Below are positions 56,212-64,000 of a stretch of DNA of 64,000 bases, one piece after another. The stretch is from Patescibacteria group bacterium (GTDB lineage Bacteria > Patescibacteriota > Minisyncoccia > Phycocordibacterales > XYD1-FULL-46-19), in the NCBI GenBank assembly GCA_048617235.1, contig JBMCHT010000003.1:81958-145957 (forward strand), written 5' to 3'. The notes under the pieces are model-generated. The model did not search any database and was not told the DNA's origin. It worked only from the letters and a program-made list of their open reading frames with translations. The first letter of the stretch is position 1. Every line of letters begins with the position of its first letter. The position numbers and the translations under genes were made by a program.

Positions 56212-57237
56212 TTAAAATCTGTCTTTTTTAAAATCTTTAATTAATCTTAATCCACGATAGATTTGAAATGGTAAATAACGATTAATCAAAAAATACCCCG
56301 AACCGTAATTTTCAACAATACCCGGAAATTTTCTTTTAAAAGTAGATAAATTGTCTGTATTTTTGTTTTTTATACCGCCAAAACTATAAGTGCTAGCTTT
56401 TTGTTTTAAAGCCCATTTTAATCCATGCCAATGAATCAAATAAGAAGCTTGAAGAGTGCGGGCTTTGGAGTCTGTGCCCCCAAATAAATATAAAACCCTG
56501 TTGCCGAATTTAACCAAAATAACCGTGGCAATAATTTGATCTTCATATTCAGCATTAATTAAAACTTTAGTTTCATTTTCTTCAGCAAGAAAAAATTTGA
56601 GATAATAATCCTTAGGGTGTAGATTAAAATGTTGCCTTTGAGCAGTGTCTGTCATTAAACGATAAAAATTTTCAAAATGGTCTTCTAAATTGGAAGAATA
56701 TTCTTTTATTTTTACTTTATTTTTTTCAGCCTTGCGAATAAGATTACGAGCTTGGCTTTTAAAGTTTAGCCACATTTTGTCTTCATCTTCGGTTAAAGAT
56801 ACCACCCATTCTAATTGAGGTTGGCTCCCGGTTGGTTTTGGTTGCCAATTTCCGGCCGGTTTAGCTTCCGGCCAAATTATATTATTTGTTTTTATTTGAG
56901 GATCAAAATAAATGAACAAACATTGATTTTTTGTCATAATTTCTTTAAGAGATTGGTTGAGCATTTTTTTTATTTCCGGGGAATCGTCTGCTATAATCGG
57001 TCCATGGGGGATTATTAAATAAGATTGTCTGATTGGTAAGTTATATTTAAAACCTTGCCAAAAAGCGACCGGTTGATTGTTTTGATTATAAATAGTTTGT
57101 CTGAAACATTTACGGCCAAAATCTTTTTGCCAATTGAAATAAGCCGGACTTTGAGTGAAATGAGCTTGTTGTTCTTCCAGCCATTTTAAAGGAATATTAT
57201 TTCGGTCTGTTTTTTTGCAAAAGTAGTTCATAATCAA
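56212..57237 (-). CDS. FemAB-family peptidyltransferase (peptidoglycan interpeptide-bridge formation)
   Basis: YLIIPHGPI, a PRGP-like motif, and a bipartite GNAT-like fold of ~340 aa typical of FemABX/MurM. Confidence 0.5.
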   Translation of the reverse strand: MIMNYFCKKTDRNNIPLKWLEEQQAHFTQSPAYFNWQKDFGRKCFRQTIYNQNNQPVAFWQGFKYNLPIRQSYLIIPHGPIIADDSPEIKKMLNQSLKEIMTKNQCLFIYFDPQIKTNNIIWPEAKPAGNWQPKPTGSQPQLEWVVSLTEDEDKMWLNFKSQARNLIRKAEKNKVKIKEYSSNLEDHFENFYRLMTDTAQRQHFNLHPKDYYLKFFLAEENETKVLINAEYEDQIIATVILVKFGNRVLYLFGGTDSKARTLQASYLIHWHGLKWALKQKASTYSFGGIKNKNTDNLSTFKRKFPGIVENYGSGYFLINRYLPFQIYRGLRLIKDFKKDRF

Positions 57238-57809
57238 TGTCCGGAATTTAAATTTTTTAAAGCCGCTTTTATTTTTTCGTTAACTGTCTTTATATCCGGA
57301 GATATTTTCTGTAAAGCATTGTAAGCTTCTCGACCGGAAAAACCCAAGGCTTTTAGAGCCGATAAAGCTTCCGTGTCTTCATCGTTAATATTTTCATTAG
57401 TGGTTAAATTTTTTAGTTTATCTTTTAATTCCAAAATTATTTTTTGAGCGCTCTTGGGTCCGATACCGGAAATCTCCTTCAAGTAATCTACTTGACCGGA
57501 AGCGGTTGCTTTTTGTAACACCTCCGGGGAAGCTACACTTAATATATTTAAAGCCCCTTTAGGACCGACTCCGGAGACTTTTAATAATAACTTAAAAAAA
57601 GTTAATTCTTCGTTATCTATAAAACCATAAAGATCCAGAGTGTCTTCTCGAACCACTAAATAAGTTAAAAGTTCTATATCTTTTTTTTTAATTAACTCAG
57701 TTTTGGTCGGACTGGTAACATAAATCATATATCCAACCCCTCCGGCTGTATTTATAATCACTGTTTTTTCGTCTATATGGTTTATAGAACCTGTTATTTT
57801 CCCTATCAT
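57234..57809 (-). CDS. ruvA: Holliday junction DNA helicase subunit RuvA
   Basis: MIGKITGSI...GGVGYMIYV OB-fold start, HhH pairs (LLKVSGVGPKGALNIL; ISGIGPKSAQKIILEL). Confidence 0.9.
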   Translation of the reverse strand: MIGKITGSINHIDEKTVIINTAGGVGYMIYVTSPTKTELIKKKDIELLTYLVVREDTLDLYGFIDNEELTFFKLLLKVSGVGPKGALNILSVASPEVLQKATASGQVDYLKEISGIGPKSAQKIILELKDKLKNLTTNENINDEDTEALSALKALGFSGREAYNALQKISPDIKTVNEKIKAALKNLNSGH

Positions 57810-57903
57810 TATAAAAGATAATAACTCATTTTATCTTAATTTCCCAGTATTGCTTTTTAATTTAAGTTCTGTTACTATGTGGCGGTAATAAATTTTAAAG
57901 ATT

Positions 57904-58167
57904 ATGCCTATAACAAAATCTGCTAAAAAAGAAATGAGAGGGTCAACCAGACGTAAGGTTTTTAATGATCGTCGCCGAACAGTTATGAAAGAAATGGTTA
58001 AAAAGGTTCGTAAATTAGTGGAAACCGGTCAAGTAGATCAAGCTAAAGAATTAATCCCAAAAACTTATAAAGCGATAGATAAGTCTGCTAAAAAAGGAGT
58101 CATTAAAGCTAATACAGCTGATCGTAAAAAATCTCGTTTAGCTAAACTGGTTAGTAAAAATTCTTAG
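57904..58167 (+). CDS. rpsT: 30S ribosomal protein S20
   Basis: MPITKSAKKEMRGSTRRKVFNDRRR... is the typical S20 basic helical protein, 87 aa. Confidence 0.9.
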   Translation: MPITKSAKKEMRGSTRRKVFNDRRRTVMKEMVKKVRKLVETGQVDQAKELIPKTYKAIDKSAKKGVIKANTADRKKSRLAKLVSKNS

Positions 58168-58247
58168 TTTAAGAACAAAAAACATCGCCTAAAAAATGGT
58201 GTTTTTTGCTATTTAGATTTTAATATCTTCTATTTGTTTTATTCATG

Positions 58248-58319
58248 TCCCCTCGGCAGGAATCGAACCTGCATTACAAGCTCCGCAAGCCTGCGTTCTA
58301 TCCATTAAACTACGAGGGG
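58248..58319 (-). tRNA. tRNA-Arg (anticodon reads GCG); CCA not encoded
   Basis: Minus strand: acceptor CCCCTCG/CGAGGGG, D-arm GTTTAATGGATAGAAC, anticodon stem CAGGC/GCTTG (one G-U pair) with loop TTGCGGA, T-arm GCAGGTTCGATTCCTGC. A GCG anticodon is unusual but complements the TCG Arg tRNA at 2341. Confidence 0.65.
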
Positions 58320-58359
58320 TATATATTTAAGTTCTCAATTTGTTTATAGCACAAAAAAA

Positions 58360-58896
58360 TTAAAAACCCAAAAATCTTAATAATTCTTCCGCTAATGACA
58401 ATCGGAATTCTTCCTCCGGAATAAATTCGGATAGAATCTCTTTTATCTCCATCGGATCAATATCTGAAGGTAGGGTTAAGATGATGTGAGGTAAAAATAA
58501 CCTATCTATGTGAATAGACATTCTGGTTGTGTCTTCTTCCTCTTCTAAAGCGAAAGCTTGAATATTTTTAAATAAATATAAATTAGAATCTATTAAAATA
58601 CCATTTTCAGTTATAGCAAAATCTATTATTCGAGGTGGGGTTAAAGCCATAAAAATAAGAGAGGCGAATCCGATGGCTAAAATCAGGGCTAGTAAAAAAT
58701 TAGCCAAGACTATGGTAATAATTACTCCTAAAATTACCGCTAAGCCGACTAACCAAACCCAATTTTTACTTTTTTCTTGATGTTCATATTCCGGTCCTTG
58801 CCATTTTATTATTATTTCACCTGTTAGGTTTTTTTTATTTTTCAATAGGTCTTTCGATGTCTCCAAACCGGGTTCATTTTCTAAATATTCTTGCAT
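58360..58896 (-). CDS. hypothetical membrane protein (2 central TM helices)
   Basis: Hydrophobic WVWLVGLAVILGVIITIVLANFLLALILAIGFASLIFMAL. Confidence 0.4.
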   Translation of the reverse strand: MQEYLENEPGLETSKDLLKNKKNLTGEIIIKWQGPEYEHQEKSKNWVWLVGLAVILGVIITIVLANFLLALILAIGFASLIFMALTPPRIIDFAITENGILIDSNLYLFKNIQAFALEEEEDTTRMSIHIDRLFLPHIILTLPSDIDPMEIKEILSEFIPEEEFRLSLAEELLRFLGF

Positions 58897-58914
58897 ATTA
58901 GTTGAAAATTAAAA

Positions 58915-59961
58915 TTATTTTACTAAATGAATAGTTTGAGTGGGGAAGGCCATGTCTACCTTTATTTTTTCAAGACTGTCTTTTAATCGAAGATTAATTT
59001 CTTGTTGAGCATTCATATAATCATTATAATCGGCTGAGGCAGTATAATAAACAGTTTCAAAATCTAGAGATGATTCCTCAAATTTAAAAAAATGAGACCT
59101 GTCAAACCTGACTCCATCTATTGAATTTATTATTTCCTCAACTAATTCAGGAATTTGGCGTAATTTTTTTGTCGGAGTGTCATAGGTAACTCCAAAATGA
59201 AAAACTATTCGTCTTTCGGCCATTTTTTTAAAATTCTGAATTTGAGCATTGGTTAACTCTTGATTAGAGATAACTATTTCCTCTCCTTGGAGGGAACGAA
59301 GACGAGTAGTTTTGATGCCAATTTTTTCAACAGTCCCTAATTTGTCTCCAATAATAATAAAATCTCCAGCCACAAAAGGTTTGTCAAAGAAGATAGCAAA
59401 AGAAGAAAATAAATCGCTTAAAATATTTTGGAGTGCCAGAGCTACCGCTATGCCACCGATACCTAAACCGGCCATAGCTGAAGTTACATTAACGCCCATA
59501 TTAGATAAAACAAAAAGTGCGCCTAAAACCCATAAAGAGGCTTTGGCAATTTTGGTCAGAATACCTAAAGCTTGTTCGGCACTAGGGTCTTCGGTTTTTA
59601 TTTTTTTATTGACAATATAATCAATTAAAGTTTGAGCGGCTTTGATGGCTAGAATGACTGCCCAAATTATTAGAATCCAGTTAATAATTTGTGATCCCGG
59701 TTCCGGAAAGTCTAAATTTCGGACAGCTAAATAAAAAGCCAAAAAAACATAAAAACCCGGCCTAATGGAGGTGATGATATTTAAAACGGTATCATCAATA
59801 TCTGTTGGAGTTTTTTCTGCCCATTGTTTTAATTTTCTTAAAATAATACTTTGAATGATTTTGAAAATAATCAAGAAGATTATTAACCAAAGAAGGGCTA
59901 TTAAATAATCCCAAGTGGTGTTATTAAAAAGAGAGTAATCAAAAATGTTTGTTATGGTCAT
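58915..59961 (-). CDS. small-conductance mechanosensitive channel (MscS family)
   Basis: 3 TM helices then the MscS beta-domain signature FVAGDFIIIGDKLGTVEKIGIKTTRLRSLQGEEIVISNQEL. Confidence 0.85.
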   Translation of the reverse strand: MTITNIFDYSLFNNTTWDYLIALLWLIIFLIIFKIIQSIILRKLKQWAEKTPTDIDDTVLNIITSIRPGFYVFLAFYLAVRNLDFPEPGSQIINWILIIWAVILAIKAAQTLIDYIVNKKIKTEDPSAEQALGILTKIAKASLWVLGALFVLSNMGVNVTSAMAGLGIGGIAVALALQNILSDLFSSFAIFFDKPFVAGDFIIIGDKLGTVEKIGIKTTRLRSLQGEEIVISNQELTNAQIQNFKKMAERRIVFHFGVTYDTPTKKLRQIPELVEEIINSIDGVRFDRSHFFKFEESSLDFETVYYTASADYNDYMNAQQEINLRLKDSLEKIKVDMAFPTQTIHLVK

Positions 59962-59976
59962 TATCGATGTGGTTGA

Positions 59977-60339
59977 TTATTTTTTTGATTGATAATTCTC
60001 AGCTAAAATTTTTTGTAAAATATTAGCCATCAAAGCTCTAAAAGTCATTCTTGATGTTTGAGTAGTTGGTTGAATTCTAACACTATAATCTTCAAATTCT
60101 TCCACAATTTTATCTATCTCTTCTTGAGAGTGATTGCCTGATTTGAAATCATTAATTTGTTTCCACATTGATAAATCTTCTTCAGTTAAGTCTTTAGGGC
60201 AGATTTCTGGCCAGTGAGGATCATTACTTTCTTTTTTTATTTTCGCCATAGAACGCCGAAAATCTTCTAATAAAGAATTTGTTTGACGGTTGTCTTTATC
60301 TTTATCGTTAAAATCTTCCATATAGCGTAATTTTAACAT
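59977..60339 (-). CDS. hypothetical cytoplasmic protein
   Basis: Clean ORF with no recognisable motifs. Confidence 0.35.
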   Translation of the reverse strand: MLKLRYMEDFNDKDKDNRQTNSLLEDFRRSMAKIKKESNDPHWPEICPKDLTEEDLSMWKQINDFKSGNHSQEEIDKIVEEFEDYSVRIQPTTQTSRMTFRALMANILQKILAENYQSKK

Positions 60340-60688
60340 CTATTTTGTAATAATAAAAGTTTATTTAGTGATGTGTATGTTCTTTTAATACTTTTTATTA
60401 AATTTAATAAATGTGTCAAAAGTATACAAAGAGAGATGTATGGATGACCTCAATCAATTATTAAGAAAGAACTTAAAATAAGCCAGCTAATCAAATAAAT
60501 CGGTTTAAACTGGAACAGTTGAAATATTTCATTGAGAAGTTCAAGATAGATTTTATGAGAAAAACAGATTTAAAAAGGAAAATATATTTGGAATGATTAT
60601 TATAGCAATCTGGAATATTGCTCTCTAGACAAAAAGCTTTTAATTGAATGTTATATTTATTAGTGATAAAAAGTGTGCCTAAAACAAT

Positions 60689-61432
60689 TTGCAATTTTTA
60701 TTTTATGGTTTATTATATATAGTGTTAATAGTTAATATTAAATTTATTATGACTACAAGTTCAAAAATAGGATTAAGTGTAATTATAATTGCTTTATTAG
60801 TGGCTTTGGGTTGGGTTGTTTACAATAATTTCGGAGATGAATTAATTTCTCCTGAATTTGATTCAACTGATAATTCTGAAGTGGTAGCCGTTGTTAATGG
60901 GGAAAACATTACCCAAAACGAATTAGAGCAAGGAATGGAACAAATGCGTTCTATGATAGAGGCTTATTCTCCTGATCAAGCTTTAAGTGAAGAAGAATTA
61001 AAAGAAACGGTTTTAGATGAATTAATTAGCGGTGTATTGTTGTATCAAGAAGCAAAAAACCAAGGATTAGAATTGGATCAAGCGGAAGTTGAAGCTGAAT
61101 ATGAAGCTATGCTTGAACAGCAAGGAGAAGAACAATTGACAGAATTAATGGCTGAGGCCGGATTAAGCACTGAGGAGTTAAAAGAAGAAATAAGCAGAAA
61201 TTTAACTATCAATGCTTATATTAATTATTTGGGAGAGCAAGAAGGAATAGAAGTAACAGAGGCTGAAGTAGAAGAAATGTATGAACAATTAACAGAAGGA
61301 CAAGAAGAAGCCCCAGCTTTAGAGGAAGTAGCAGAAGAGGTTAGAAGTCAGCTTTTACAAGAAAAATCAAACTTACTTATTTCTGAAATGTTGGAAGAGC
61401 TTAAAAATAATGCTGAGATAGAAATACTCTAG
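60689..61432 (+). CDS. N-terminally anchored, highly acidic protein; possibly a SurA-N-like chaperone domain
   Basis: TM helix IGLSVIIIALLVALGWVVY. Helical E/L-rich body. Weak resemblance only. Confidence 0.35.
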   Translation: MQFLFYGLLYIVLIVNIKFIMTTSSKIGLSVIIIALLVALGWVVYNNFGDELISPEFDSTDNSEVVAVVNGENITQNELEQGMEQMRSMIEAYSPDQALSEEELKETVLDELISGVLLYQEAKNQGLELDQAEVEAEYEAMLEQQGEEQLTELMAEAGLSTEELKEEISRNLTINAYINYLGEQEGIEVTEAEVEEMYEQLTEGQEEAPALEEVAEEVRSQLLQEKSNLLISEMLEELKNNAEIEIL

Positions 61433-61453
61433 TTTTGTTTAAGAAGCATTAAT

Positions 61454-61486
61454 AATCGATCGGCTATCAGCCGATCGATTTTGTTT
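61454..61486 (+). terminator. rho-independent terminator (perfect palindrome aatcgatcggct-atc-agccgatcgatt plus TTTGTTT)
   Basis: Read directly. 12-bp perfect stem. Confidence 0.7.
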
Positions 61487-61492
61487 AAATAA

Positions 61493-62335
61493 ATGGCTCA
61501 AGATAAATATACAGCAGTTTGGGTGTCTCATTCTTCTATTGGGGATTTTTTAAAATGCCCTCGAGCTTATTATTTAAACAATATATATAAAGATCCGACA
61601 AGCGGTCGGAAAATTGGTTTAGTTAGTCCGGCTATGTCTTTAGGGCAAGCAGTTCATCAAGTTTTAGAAGATTTAATTCAATATCCGGCAGATGAAAGAA
61701 TAAAACAACCATTATTGGATCAATTAGAGACAGTGTGGATATCTGTTTCCGGCCGTCGAGGTGGTTTTGCTGATAAAACTCAAGAAAAGGAATATAAAGA
61801 AAGAGGAAGAGAGATGATAAAACGAGTAATAAAAAATCCCGGACCACTGGCAAACAAAACGGTCAAATTAAAAACCGAAGGAGATATGGATTTACCTCAT
61901 ATCTATTTATCTGAAACCGATAATATTATTTTATGCGGTAAGGTAGATTGGTTGGAATACAGAGAAGAGGATGATAGTGTTAGAATTTTGGATTTTAAAA
62001 CAGGCAAGCACGATGAGAAGGAAGATTCATTGCAATTGCCGATTTATAATTTATTGGTGTCTAATTTGCAACCCAGAAAAATATCCGGGGCTTATTATTG
62101 GTATTTAGATAAAAGCGATCAGCCGGATTTTGTTTCTTTGCCGGATATGAAAGAGGGGAGAGACAGGGTTTTGCAAATAGCCAAAGAAATTAAAACCGCC
62201 AGAGAAAATGAAGATTTTCAATGTCCTCGCGGTGGTTATTGTTTTGCTTGTTCTCCATTTGAAAAGATAATAAACAATCAAGCCGAGTTTGTTGGCAAAG
62301 GTCCTTATAAAAAAGATTTGTATGTGGTGGAGTAG
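61493..62335 (+). CDS. PD-(D/E)XK nuclease, Cas4/RecB-like, with a four-Cys (Fe-S-type) arrangement
   Basis: Motif II ILCGKVDW, motif III ILDFKTGK (D-x-K of the D-Y-K-T-G type). Cys at FLKCPRAY plus C-terminal CPRGGYCFAC, the Cas4/AddB-like 1+3 Cys pattern. Confidence 0.65.
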   Translation: MAQDKYTAVWVSHSSIGDFLKCPRAYYLNNIYKDPTSGRKIGLVSPAMSLGQAVHQVLEDLIQYPADERIKQPLLDQLETVWISVSGRRGGFADKTQEKEYKERGREMIKRVIKNPGPLANKTVKLKTEGDMDLPHIYLSETDNIILCGKVDWLEYREEDDSVRILDFKTGKHDEKEDSLQLPIYNLLVSNLQPRKISGAYYWYLDKSDQPDFVSLPDMKEGRDRVLQIAKEIKTARENEDFQCPRGGYCFACSPFEKIINNQAEFVGKGPYKKDLYVVE

Positions 62336-62507
62336 ATTTAAATAAAGATCTGAGTCCGGTTTTTTAAAAAGTTCTTAAATAATCTAGTATTTTTTCTAAA
62401 ATTTTTGATTCAGTGAGGTTTTAATATTGTTAGGTGGATATGACAATTTAGTGTTAAAATGATAATATTGTATTATAGAGATTTTTATAAGGAATAAATA
62501 TAATATT

Positions 62508-64000
62508 ATGGATAAATCAAAATTTAAAAGTGAAAAGCCACTAAACTCGGAGGAAATATCTTCCAAACAAAGGGAAGATTATCAACATTACCGTGGTCTG
62601 GAAAAAAATGTTCAAAGTGAGAAGTTTGAAGAAAAGAAAAGTTTAAAAAAAAGTGGTGATATATATAAACAAGTTGATAAGGAGAGTGAATTAATTGAAA
62701 CAATAGCAGGCAGAGAACCAGAAGAAGATTCTATTTTAAACAAAGAAATAAAAAGTCCTGCTTCAGCAGAGTCGGAAAAAGAAATGAGTGATTTAAGGGA
62801 GGTTTTAGGTGAATCTCAGATGAAACAATTAGAGAGTGAGGCCTTTTCCAGGTTAATGAATGCTGTTCGAAAAATTAAGAAATTGGAAGGAGCTAAGCAT
62901 CGTTTAAAACAATATGAAGAGGAGTTAATTAGGCGATTATATGAAGATGTCGATTTAAAAGAGTCTTTGTCCGTCAATGAACGAATTAGTTTAGTATCTA
63001 AAAAAATAACTAGAGTCAACGAAGTGCTTAAAAAAATATCTCGAGAAAGCCCCGAGGCTTTTAAAGCATTCCATTTACTCAGATTACGAGATTACAAAAG
63101 ACAGTTTGAAGAAAGTGGTATGATAGAAACACCTTGGATTGAAGATCACTATTCTGAACTAACAAGTCATGTTCGTAAAACAATGGAGGGTAATAACCGT
63201 GTTTGTACACTTCTTGGGCCAACCGGTTCGGGTAAAACAGTTATGGCGGAACGAGTAGCTAAAACTCTCTCCCCTAATGGTGATTATGAGTTTGTCAGCG
63301 CTCATTCTAAAATGGATCCGGATGATCTTCTTTGGAGGCAAGGTATCCAGGTGGAATCTATTACACCTGAGACCGCACCGGAAATTGCAGAAAAAGCTAA
63401 ACAGGCGTTTAGGGAAAATAATCCTAATATGGATGAAGTTGAATTAATTGACCGTGAGAGATATATTGAAGAAGTTGTTAAAAATCAGGCGGGGCAAAAG
63501 GCTTTCAAGACTGAAATTATTCCACAAGCTATAGCTCGAGCTGCCAGTGAAGGCAAGGTGGTTGTAGTAGATGAATTCAATTATCTACCACCACAAACTT
63601 TAGCGGCTCTTAATAAATTATTGGATGCTAAAGCTGAAAAGAGAGCCGGGGAAAAAGTTAAGGTGGATATAGATGATGAATCCGGACAAACTCAATCCTA
63701 TGAGGTTACTGAAGGTTTTGGAGTTATTTTGACGGGTAATATAGGTTCGGAGTATTTAGGTCGCAACCAAAAACTTGATCCGGCTTTGTATAGCCGTATT
63801 TTATCAGGCGTTATACAGTATGATCATCCACCCCAAGAATTAAAAGGATCTCTTGAAAATTCAATAAAAACTGATAATGAATTAGCTGAAGGACAAGAGC
63901 CACCACCACGAGAACTTTTTCTTGCTTCTCTTGTTCAGTTAATTGACGAAAAAGGAAATTTAAGTGCGCCGATTGGGGCAATGGAAGATATTTGGCATTT
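62508..64000 (+). CDS. AAA+ ATPase of the MoxR/AAA_5 (McrB/dynein-related) type with a ~230-aa coiled-coil N-terminal extension; partial, runs off the window end (not in the ORF track)
   Basis: Own translation from ATG 62508 is open to position 64000. Walker A LLGPTGSGKTV, Walker B VVVVDEFNY, sensor-1 ILTGN, MoxR-like LDPALYSRI. Confidence 0.6.
   Translation, partial: MDKSKFKSEKPLNSEEISSKQREDYQHYRGLEKNVQSEKFEEKKSLKKSGDIYKQVDKESELIETIAGREPEEDSILNKEIKSPASAESEKEMSDLREVLGESQMKQLESEAFSRLMNAVRKIKKLEGAKHRLKQYEEELIRRLYEDVDLKESLSVNERISLVSKKITRVNEVLKKISRESPEAFKAFHLLRLRDYKRQFEESGMIETPWIEDHYSELTSHVRKTMEGNNRVCTLLGPTGSGKTVMAERVAKTLSPNGDYEFVSAHSKMDPDDLLWRQGIQVESITPETAPEIAEKAKQAFRENNPNMDEVELIDRERYIEEVVKNQAGQKAFKTEIIPQAIARAASEGKVVVVDEFNYLPPQTLAALNKLLDAKAEKRAGEKVKVDIDDESGQTQSYEVTEGFGVILTGNIGSEYLGRNQKLDPALYSRILSGVIQYDHPPQELKGSLENSIKTDNELAEGQEPPPRELFLASLVQLIDEKGNLSAPIGAMEDIWH

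Noticed and set aside
60491-60694. 67-aa ORF in the 350-bp AT-rich spacer upstream of 60689
   Set aside because: Low-complexity Ile/Asn/Phe composition typical of random ORFs in AT-rich DNA. Overlaps the start region of the plus-strand gene.

Overview
AT-rich bacterial chromosome segment. The gene style suggests a small-genome, possibly CPR/Patescibacteria-like organism, but this is inference, not verified. The evidence is short housekeeping proteins, many Lys/Asn/Glu-rich hypothetical membrane or secreted proteins, Gram-positive-type envelope genes (FemAB-like, class A PBP, LysM-M23, CHAP hydrolase) and tRNAs that partly lack an encoded CCA. The window holds the chromosomal origin neighbourhood: rpmH-rnpA-yidC on the minus strand facing dnaA-dnaN on the plus strand, with DnaA-box-like clusters in both flanking spacers. 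It also holds a minus-strand locus of four tRNAs (Pro, Gly, Leu, Arg) containing decayed tRNA-Leu 3'-end copies, rpsO-(NYN)-pnp, and many recombination and repair genes (ruvC-yebC-ruvB, displaced ruvA, UvrD-like helicase, polA, xth, family-4 UDG, mutM, YifB/ComM). A PilB-like ATPase is present too. The most notable region is a ~14.5 kb block (23.3-37.8 kb) of mostly uncharacterised membrane and secreted proteins. It is built around a PrgI(VirB3)-like protein, a VirB4-like ATPase that is split by a frame change at an A5 run, and a VirB6/TrbL-like polytopic membrane protein. It also carries a membrane-anchored CHAP peptidoglycan hydrolase and giant acidic secreted proteins. A VirD4/TraG-like coupling-ATPase operon lies 6 kb upstream. 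Together these look like a Gram-positive-type type IV secretion/conjugation-like apparatus of unknown function embedded in the core chromosome. The window ends with a Cas4-like PD-(D/E)XK nuclease followed by a MoxR/AAA_5-type ATPase (partial). The ORF track omitted that last ORF, and it also omitted rpmH and a small Cys-rich ORF.
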